From: a virus
Virus record (IMG/VR): IMGVR_UViG_3300022562_002256
Coordinates: 1 to 64,000 of that record
Length of the DNA stretch: 64,000 bases
Reading direction: 5' to 3' (one strand)
Notes under the pieces: model-generated
The model's database searches: none
Seen by the model: only the letters and a program-made list of their open reading frames with translations
Told to the model about the DNA's origin: nothing
Made by a program: the position numbers and the translations under genes
Part shown: one piece after another, positions 57,257 through 64,000 of the stretch
How the letters are laid out: each line of letters begins with the position of its first letter
Numbering within the stretch: position 1 is the first letter of the stretch

Positions 57257-57501
57257 CGCACATCCTGCGTTTAGGCGGCAGAATTTACCGGCACCTGGCG
57301 GCAGCCACTTGAGTGCTACGTCGTGAGTGTCACCGTAAGCGGATTCACCAACTAGGCAAAATCGACGCGCAAGGCGTGCGCGCTGGGCCAACTTTCCAGA
57401 CTTGGCGGGCCGCGCGCGTCGGCCGGGCGCCGTCAAAACATCGCGCAAATTGAGGGATCGCCCCAAGAGCACAAGCGCCGATGGTTGGCACGCCACGTGC
57501 A
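57257..57501 (+). repeat. intergenic cassette A, copy 4 (ends in sigma54 motif 57486-57501)
   Basis: TTTAGGCGGCAGAATTTACCGGCACCTG...CAGCCACTTGAGTGCT...CCGTAAGCGGATTCACCAA. Confidence 0.85.
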
Positions 57502-57514
57502 AGTAGGTTCGGAC

Positions 57515-57724
57515 ATGATGAACACGAGGACCGCGACCCAGCAAGCCTATGCCGACGCAGTAGCGAAATACGGTGCCGCGCGCGACGCCGGTGCGAGCAG
57601 CGAGGAGATCAACGCGCTCTACGCCGAGGTCGCCGAAACCTGGAACGCGGTGCTCGCGGCCGACGAAGCCCCCAAAGACCCGCGCCCCCAACCCCGCCGC
57701 GGACGCCTCAGCAGGAAGTGGTAA
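57515..57724 (+). CDS. hypothetical protein
   Basis: ATG 15 nt from sigma54 motif. Confidence 0.55.
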   Translation: MMNTRTATQQAYADAVAKYGAARDAGASSEEINALYAEVAETWNAVLAADEAPKDPRPQPRRGRLSRKW

Positions 57725-57884
57725 CAATGCTCACGCAAGACGCACCTATCGGGTTTCTCCGAGCCGCCTACCGTGTGTTGGTGGGTGGCGACCCATGCGG
57801 GCTGACCCGCATGGAAGTCCTTCAAGCGCTCGACCGAGTGGTGTGGACGCCATGGTCCAGTGGGCACGATACAGGCATGCCCCG

Positions 57885-58634
57885 TCACCCCTCGGGAGCC
57901 GCGCTAGTCGCCAGCATGAACCTGGTGTAGGTGGCATCGCGGGCCGCAACCCACTTCGCTCCTGACGAGCAAGCTCGCCCCGAACCATAACCGACGATTG
58001 CGGGGCGGAACCATCGATCGGCCGGCACCCATCGTGAGCACCTCGCCCGTGCGGCCGAGAGAATGCGCGCTGCCACCACGAAGCACCGGCGCGTGGACGC
58101 CGCGTCCAGTCCGACGAGCTCGCGGCCGGTAACGCCCCACTTCTTACTTCGGCCGTCCAACCCTCCAATGTTGATTTGGGCGAGGCACACCGAGCGGCAC
58201 CACCGTCGCTTTTGCCCCCCGGCGTCTCGCCATACTGAGCAGTCCCCGACGGCCGCCGGACCCACCCCGCTGTGCACATCTCGTCGAAACCCGCTTTCGT
58301 GGTACGCGATGGTCGCAAGCCCCATGGCGAGGTCCTGTGCGGGCCATGGCCACAACGGCTCGGCGCCGTCATGGCCGACCCGTACCGCCTGCTTTGCAAC
58401 GTCGACGATGGCGCGCGCGATGGTGCCGTACCGCGCCGTCGCCTCCGCAGCGGTCTCGAGTCTTACCCACGCGCGATGCGAGAAAGACCACCGTGGTGGA
58501 TATGCTGCCACATCGAGCGAGCACGTCGGCGCCGCGCGGCTGGTTCCGCATTCGGCGGCGGGCACAACCGAGTAGTGACTGGCACCGGGCGGTGCCAGTG
58601 CCAGCATGATCTGGAGGATCACCGATTCGAGCAT
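57885..58634 (-). CDS. lysozyme-like / lytic transglycosylase-fold protein with hydrophobic N-terminus
   Basis: IAYHESGF (catalytic Glu), SVCLAQI, AIVGYGSG. Confidence 0.65.
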   Translation of the reverse strand: MLESVILQIMLALAPPGASHYSVVPAAECGTSRAAPTCSLDVAAYPPRWSFSHRAWVRLETAAEATARYGTIARAIVDVAKQAVRVGHDGAEPLWPWPAQDLAMGLATIAYHESGFRRDVHSGVGPAAVGDCSVWRDAGGQKRRWCRSVCLAQINIGGLDGRSKKWGVTGRELVGLDAASTRRCFVVAARILSAARARCSRWVPADRWFRPAIVGYGSGRACSSGAKWVAARDATYTRFMLATSAAPEG

Positions 58635-58729
58635 TTTGGTCTTTCCTGGTTAGTCTCTGTCCATTCGCCGAGTGCGAGGCCGACGTCATTTTTCACCCCG
58701 TCCACGACACGACGAGCGCGCGGATGGTT

Positions 58730-59284
58730 TCATCCGTGGTTCTCGACACGTCCAACCCCCGCGGCGCTGGCATGGCGCGTGACACGGTCCATGAACGCAA
58801 GTAGCGCGGCGACATCGGGATCTGACGCAAGGAGCATGCCGTTGTCGTGCATGAGACGGATACGCCCGGCCGAGCACCATTCCACAGGGTCCAACTCCTC
58901 GGTGGCGTGCGGCGCGGCAGACTGACCAGCGACGAGGCCGAAGCACGTCAAGCGCACAGGCACCGTTACGGCGGGCGGATCACGGTCAACCACATACAGG
59001 CACGGCGGCAGTCCCCCTTCGGCCCATACGGGGGCGCGATACCACCGACCCCCGCGCGAGTAGCCGGTTTCCTCGGCGAGCTCGCGGTACATCGCGTCGA
59101 GCAGCCCCTCGCCCGGCTCTACCTTACCCCCCGGCTGACACCACATCCCAGGTTCCGAGTTGCCGGGTGTGCGCTGCCCGAGCAGCAGATAGGGCCGTCC
59201 GTCCTCGGGGCCGACGCGCACCACGGCGGCGCAAACCACCTCGAGACGCCCGTCGGCGATGAGACGGGGCTCCGGGGCGGTCAC
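58730..59284 (-). CDS. NUDIX hydrolase
   Basis: GGKVEPGEGLLDAMYRELAEETG Nudix box; GTGA overlap with HAD gene. Confidence 0.92.
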   Translation of the reverse strand: MTAPEPRLIADGRLEVVCAAVVRVGPEDGRPYLLLGQRTPGNSEPGMWCQPGGKVEPGEGLLDAMYRELAEETGYSRGGRWYRAPVWAEGGLPPCLYVVDRDPPAVTVPVRLTCFGLVAGQSAAPHATEELDPVEWCSAGRIRLMHDNGMLLASDPDVAALLAFMDRVTRHASAAGVGRVENHG

Positions 59285-59820
59285 GGTGTTACCGCCCGGC
59301 AGATCATGGCGCCCTGCCGGCGGCGCGCACGGCGAGTTTGCTTCTTGTGCCACAGCCGCGAGACACGGCTCTTGTGCCACTCGGCGAGGTCCACGTCGAA
59401 CCCCGTCTTGACCCGTACGCCCACTCGATGGACTTGACCCTTCATGATGGTCCTTTCTAGCACGGGACAGCCGAGGGGCAAACGTTCGGCACGCTTCGCG
59501 CCTCGCCTGATGGTGCGTCGCGGATCTTGCGGCCCAACATACTCTGGACGATCGTCGATCCAAACGACGTGTGCGCCACCCTCGGGCATGTTTTGGTCCA
59601 TCCACCGCTCGAGCGCCTCGCGTTTCCAGCCACCGGCGGCAAAGACAACCGGCATGACGTCGCCCACCGCCCGCCGCACCTCGGCTCCCCGCCGTCCCTC
59701 ATCGGAGCGCCCTGTCAGCATGACGCACGTGTGCCCGCGCGCGAGCATGACACGGGCGAGGTCGCGAAAGACGCCGGGCTCGCGCGTCCACGTGCCATCG
59801 TAGTCGAACACCACGATCAT
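59281..59820 (-). CDS. HAD-superfamily phosphatase with basic C-terminal extension
   Basis: FDYDGTW, LTGR, K, IDDRP. Confidence 0.85.
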   Translation of the reverse strand: MIVVFDYDGTWTREPGVFRDLARVMLARGHTCVMLTGRSDEGRRGAEVRRAVGDVMPVVFAAGGWKREALERWMDQNMPEGGAHVVWIDDRPEYVGPQDPRRTIRRGAKRAERLPLGCPVLERTIMKGQVHRVGVRVKTGFDVDLAEWHKSRVSRLWHKKQTRRARRRQGAMICRAVTP

Positions 59821-60235
59821 GTTTCGCGCGCCACGGTCCACGGCCCCGCGTGATATCGCGCGGACCCGTCCCGCATCAGGCCGGACTCGTTCGCTCTTGC
59901 CACCAGCCAGTCGAGGCGTGCGGCCTTGCTTACGAGCACCAATAGACCCATCGCTACATCATCCGCCGTCGAGCGACCTGTGATGCCGCGCGCTACCGCG
60001 GCGATCCGCCTGTCATCTGTGCTGCAATGCTCGGTGTAGGCCAGTCGCACAAGTTGGACTTCGACCGTCACGGTGGCGGTCATCACGCCCATAGCGCCCC
60101 GCACGGGATCGTGGTTGATCGCGCACTGGATCACGGTGGCCCAGGGGTGTCACAAGGAACATGGCTTGCGACTGAAGGGCGGTGACGTCCGGGGGCACGA
60201 GAACCCCGAGACCCTCGGCTGTTACGTAGGTGGGC

Positions 60236-60685
60236 TCACTCATAAACGCTGTCCTCGTCGGCCACGGCGCCTGGCCCTGGGGTGATCGCCACAATGCCCG
60301 CGTCGTGGGCTGCGAGCAACTCCGCCACCCGCGAGGCGGTCGCCTTGGTGAACACCACAGTGTTTGGCTCGGCATCTTGCTCGGCACACGCCTGAAGGAG
60401 TGCCGCCCTTACCACGTCTCCTGTCAGCCGATACCGTGAAGGCGGCAGCGGTTTCCCCCGCGGCACAGCGATGGCCAGCCAGTCGTACCGCCACCGCCCT
60501 CCGCGGACAGCGAGAATGCGCCCGATCGAGCGCCTGTCTGCCTTCTGCCGCTCGGCCACCACGAGGGCTCGTTCTTCCTGCGTGAATGTCACACTGTCGG
60601 AGTGGTCACCCGTAACCACCAGTGCGCCACGTGGCGCATCGCATGCCACCACCACGCGCGGCGACGGGCGCCAATCATCTCTCAT
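60236..60685 (-). CDS. hypothetical protein
   Basis: Protein-like ORF. Confidence 0.5.
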   Translation of the reverse strand: MRDDWRPSPRVVVACDAPRGALVVTGDHSDSVTFTQEERALVVAERQKADRRSIGRILAVRGGRWRYDWLAIAVPRGKPLPPSRYRLTGDVVRAALLQACAEQDAEPNTVVFTKATASRVAELLAAHDAGIVAITPGPGAVADEDSVYE

Positions 60686-60896
60686 AGCCATCCCCCCGAC
60701 GATAATCACGATCGCGAGCCATGTCGACCCCTCGTGGTGGGGCTCGGCGAACATGGGCCCCGGTGCCCTGGCTCGCGGAGGCACTCAACCTTGCCGTCGG
60801 TGCCAGCGTGAATGACCTTCAGGCAGAACCTCGCGGGCCAGGAGTTGCTGATACGCCTCATCTGCGCTGCACGTCGCGCTTTGCGCTGCCTTCGGT

Positions 60897-61454
60897 TCAT
60901 CGGTGCACCCTGCCGCGGTTGCTGTCACGCATCCACCTAACACCCCGGCGGCGTCCGAACCGACGTCGGCCGTTTGGCGGCCTCGGTCCCTCCGATGGCA
61001 GCCAGGCGTCGATCGAACGGCTTAGCCGGCGGAGCCAACACACTTCCCAGGGGCGCACGTCCTCCAGCCACGAGGGGTCAGAGGCGATCTCCGGAGCGTC
61101 GTCGATCGCTTCGTAGGGGTCGTCGTCGCCGCTCCAAAAGCGCCCGTCGCGATCAGGCAGCCACCGCCACGTGGTCGGCCAACCGAGAGCGTGAATCGCC
61201 GCTGTGAGCACGACCGGGTGGACGATGGGGTGGCGCCAAAAACCGAGAAACCCGTCCTCGGTCATACGTGGAGCGTCGTGGTCGATGAAATCGACCACTC
61301 GGTTGATGCGGTTCAGGGCACGCCTCGCCGGCACAGCGTCGGTCCACTCTATGGCCAAAAATGGTCGTGGGCCACTGGGCTGGACCACCGCCAGAAGGCG
61401 CGATGCCGGCGGTGACCGGCGAAAACAAAACCACTCGGCGTAGGGCGGCGTCAC
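60897..61454 (-). CDS. hypothetical protein
   Basis: Trp-rich ORF. Confidence 0.5.
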   Translation of the reverse strand: MTPPYAEWFCFRRSPPASRLLAVVQPSGPRPFLAIEWTDAVPARRALNRINRVVDFIDHDAPRMTEDGFLGFWRHPIVHPVVLTAAIHALGWPTTWRWLPDRDGRFWSGDDDPYEAIDDAPEIASDPSWLEDVRPWEVCWLRRLSRSIDAWLPSEGPRPPNGRRRFGRRRGVRWMRDSNRGRVHR

Positions 61455-61460
61455 GTGCGC

Positions 61461-62993
61461 CTACGTGAGCGGGCGGCTCACGTGGTGAGCCGCTAGGTTC
61501 TCTGCCTGCTGTATGCAGCACCGCACGACCAGCTTGAGCGCGATCCTGACTTCAGCGCGCTCGGCCTTTCGCGGCGCACGGTACTCGGCCAACCATTGTG
61601 CTCGCTGCCCTTCCTCCTGAGCGATATGCAACAACCGCGCCAAGAACTCGCGGTGTGCCTTCCAGTCGCCGCACTGAGGGACGGTCCATCCGACGGGTCG
61701 CCACTCATACCGTACGTTGGCGAGCACGTACGACACCAAGACCGTCTGCGCGAGCACGTCCAGGAAGTTGTCCACATCGGCGGCATCCCGTTGTCCCCCA
61801 GCGAACAGCAGCCACGACACGTTCATCCCGAACCCATCGACGCTTGGGTTTTGGGAAATGAACGACCCGATGGTGCCGTGACGGCACGCCCACTCACGCC
61901 ACTGGGCGCTTTGACCCAGTGTGCGTTCATAGAACGACGCGTCAAGGCCGACGCTATCGACAATCGTGTGGCAAAGCGCCTGCCACACGTCCTCTCGCAC
62001 CATCGCTTGTGCCAATGGCACGCCGGAGCGACCCCGGGATTCGAGTGATGGCGGGGCAAACCTGAACGTGTGCTCGCCATCCCGTGTCCCGGGCTTGGGG
62101 TGAACGAGAAGCTGAGGGTGGCCGTCTCCTGGCGACAGCATCACCGAGTACCTGCGCGCAAGTCGTTTCGCAAGCGCCGTGAGCCGGATGCTCGCCTCGA
62201 TGTCGCTCGAATGCCCGCCAACCCGAACGCGCACCTCGCCGCGGCGCAGCCGGGCTACGATGAATTTGTGGTCCTCGTTTCCCAATTGTGATATGTCTAT
62301 AAGCCACGTGGCGCGGTATGGCCAACCGATCGTGCCGTCGCCGTTCAGGCTCCACCATTCGCCCCCATGCCACACGAACTCGCCGGGCACGTCGACATCA
62401 TCGCCGTAGCCACACCGTTCCCGCCATCGACTCATCGTTTCCCCCAGATCCGGTGTATAGGGGCATGGCCCCCCCACGCCGTCGTCAAGGTCGGTCACGA
62501 TGGCCCGCCCGCCGCCGAATCCCATGTGTGGGTCGGCAGAAGGATCGTAGCGGTTGGTGGCGGCGGAGGTTGGGATTCCCCGCGAAACCTTGCGGGGTGC
62601 AAACAACGCCGGCACGTTCTCGGCGTGGCGCTTATGGTCCTGGCCCGTCTCAAGTGTCGCGCTGACACGCACCTGCCTTTCCCACAGGGCTTCGAGCAAC
62701 TCGTCGAACTGGCACGTGTTGTCGCCCCACCCCTGTTCGATCATGTCGACGCCCAACCCATCGAGCCAGTTCTGCGCGATGGCGGCGTCACGCTTGTCCA
62801 CGTCGGTGATCGAGCCGCAGTCGTTGTATTGCCCGCGCACGGGGAGCGCGCGGAGGTACCACGATCGCTCTCCGTCGCCCACGTCGTCGCCCGCCGGGCC
62901 GAATGGGCTGGACTGGAGGAGCAACAGCCGCACCGGCGTTCCACCCGCGATGGGCAAGCCAGATACCGCACACGTGAAGTCGAATGACCCCAT
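61461..62993 (-). CDS. large hypothetical phage protein
   Basis: MGSFDFTCAVSGLPI N-terminus; GQYNDCG; 510 aa. Confidence 0.65.
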   Translation of the reverse strand: MGSFDFTCAVSGLPIAGGTPVRLLLLQSSPFGPAGDDVGDGERSWYLRALPVRGQYNDCGSITDVDKRDAAIAQNWLDGLGVDMIEQGWGDNTCQFDELLEALWERQVRVSATLETGQDHKRHAENVPALFAPRKVSRGIPTSAATNRYDPSADPHMGFGGGRAIVTDLDDGVGGPCPYTPDLGETMSRWRERCGYGDDVDVPGEFVWHGGEWWSLNGDGTIGWPYRATWLIDISQLGNEDHKFIVARLRRGEVRVRVGGHSSDIEASIRLTALAKRLARRYSVMLSPGDGHPQLLVHPKPGTRDGEHTFRFAPPSLESRGRSGVPLAQAMVREDVWQALCHTIVDSVGLDASFYERTLGQSAQWREWACRHGTIGSFISQNPSVDGFGMNVSWLLFAGGQRDAADVDNFLDVLAQTVLVSYVLANVRYEWRPVGWTVPQCGDWKAHREFLARLLHIAQEEGQRAQWLAEYRAPRKAERAEVRIALKLVVRCCIQQAENLAAHHVSRPLT

Positions 62994-63037
62994 AATCGCC
63001 TCTTAGTATCAGGGCCACACGCTGCGGGCCCGTCGCA

Positions 63038-63655
63038 TCACCACAGCCCCAACACACGTGGGACTGCTCGCGTGTCCCCCCGAACGACGGTGGCCAGCGC
63101 TGCCACCGTGGCAGCGACGTCCTCGACGTTGATGAACGCGTCACGTCCGACGGAGTCGACTCCAATGTACCATTGCGCGTGAATGCCACCACTGTTGAGC
63201 GGGGACAGGTGCCACATCTCCTGGGCACCTGTGTGCTCTTGGGCCTCCTCCCATGTCCGCCCGACGACGGCGAGCACGCCGATACGGCGGATAGCAGCCG
63301 CCACGCGCTCGCACCGGCTGAGCGCGGCCTTGACCTGTGCTTCCGTCGGCGATGGGAGCGTCTCCCCCGACAACCGAGCCTCGGCAACCACGTGAGCCAA
63401 ACGCCGCTGCGCCGCCTCCGACAGCCCGCGGACGTCGACCGGCTGACCGGCATACACCAGCAGCCGGTCGACCACGACCATCGCCCCGCCGTACGCCTGG
63501 CATATACGCTGCCATGTCGCCCGATCTCGAGGCCACCTCTTCCCGGTCTCGATGTCGGATAAGTAGGGTGGGCTGACGCTCAACTCGGTGGCGGCGCGAC
63601 GCAGGGTCACACCGCGCAGTTTGCGCGTCTCTCGAAGGTAGGAGCCGGGTGTCAC
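63038..63655 (-). CDS. XRE-family HTH transcriptional regulator
   Basis: GSYLRETRKLRGVTLRRAATELSVSPPYLSDIETGKR. Confidence 0.9.
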   Translation of the reverse strand: MTPGSYLRETRKLRGVTLRRAATELSVSPPYLSDIETGKRWPRDRATWQRICQAYGGAMVVVDRLLVYAGQPVDVRGLSEAAQRRLAHVVAEARLSGETLPSPTEAQVKAALSRCERVAAAIRRIGVLAVVGRTWEEAQEHTGAQEMWHLSPLNSGGIHAQWYIGVDSVGRDAFINVEDVAATVAALATVVRGDTRAVPRVLGLW

Positions 63656-63661
63656 CCGGCA

Positions 63662-63690
63662 ACGATAACGCTTGTTCGCTGCAATGTCAA
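63662..63690 (-). promoter_or_regulatory. sigma70-type promoter giving a leaderless XRE mRNA
   Basis: TTGACA-17 nt-TATCGT; predicted +1 falls on GTG 63655. Confidence 0.75.
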
Positions 63691-64000
63691 CTTGACTCCG
63701 GCGTTCCCGGGGCTTATTCGGCGGGTTTCGCGGCGGAGTCTCCCTTGGTGTGCGACGCGAGGCGCCGCAGGAGCAGGATCGACTCCACCACCTTGGCGAC
63801 AGGTTCGTCTTGAAGGCGCGCTGCCACCTCAGCGAGGTAGGCATGCGACAAATCTGACCCATCACTGAACAGGGCTGCCAGGGTAAGCGGCGGGGCGGGG
63901 GCCGTCGCTTCGACAACGGCTGGCGGCGGTGCCTGTTCGCCCAACAGTTCGGCGCGCTCGCACGCATCAGGCATACCAAAAAGGAGTGGGACCTCCACGC

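Larger units (their letters stand above)
1..64000. mobile_element. Segment of a large myovirus-like phage genome (probable myxobacterial host)
   Basis: Mu-like baseplate genes, phage-type recombination and accessory genes, dense short ORFs with 4-nt start/stop overlaps, no host housekeeping operons. Confidence 0.9.

Noticed and set aside
14044-57501. Cassette repeats as CRISPR array or IS/MITE
   Set aside because: Dispersed, ~250 bp, no spacers, no terminal inverted repeats or target duplications, no cas or transposase genes
1-64000. Integrase, att site or prophage boundary
   Set aside because: No recombinase motif, host genes or duplicated tRNA 3' ends are seen; lifestyle cannot be assigned from this window
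1-64000. Phage-encoded sigma54 activator (bEBP)
   Set aside because: No GAFTGA-containing AAA+ domain in any ORF; the ComM-like gene is truncated by the window edge and is a different family

Overview
A high-GC 64-kb stretch of a large tailed dsDNA phage with a contractile, Mu-like baseplate. The host is probably a myxobacterium (Polyangiales-like), inferred from GGAGG-linker and Cys-repeat lipoproteins and heavy use of sigma54-type promoters. No integrase, terminase, capsid or host housekeeping operon is visible. Virion genes (baseplate hub, spike, wedge, J, two tail-fibre-like genes) keep their usual order on the + strand but are split by kilobases of accessory genes. Recognisable enzymes: beta clamp, a fused SbcD-SbcC (Mre11-Rad50), a Sak4/AAA_24 ATPase, a sigma70-family factor, an N6/N4 DNA methyltransferase, DUF5131, ASCH, TIR, DUF262, PRTase, SLOG, ATP-grasp, RNase AS-like exonuclease, NUDIX, HAD and a lysozyme-like protein. 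The most striking signals are non-coding. (1) About 33 copies of the sigma54 -24/-12 motif TGGCAC-N6-TGCW, 22 of them 13-16 nt before a start codon and mostly without a usable SD, fed by a family of repeated enhancer-like cassettes. (2) A 122-nt tRNA with an Ala-type acceptor (G3-U70, A73), a Ser anticodon (AGA) and a 49-nt variable arm. (3) A cluster of tRNA-shaped RNAs lacking an anticodon loop. (4) Two ~0.75-kb gene-free, hairpin-dense regions. All calls come from reading the sequence by eye; no database searches were run.
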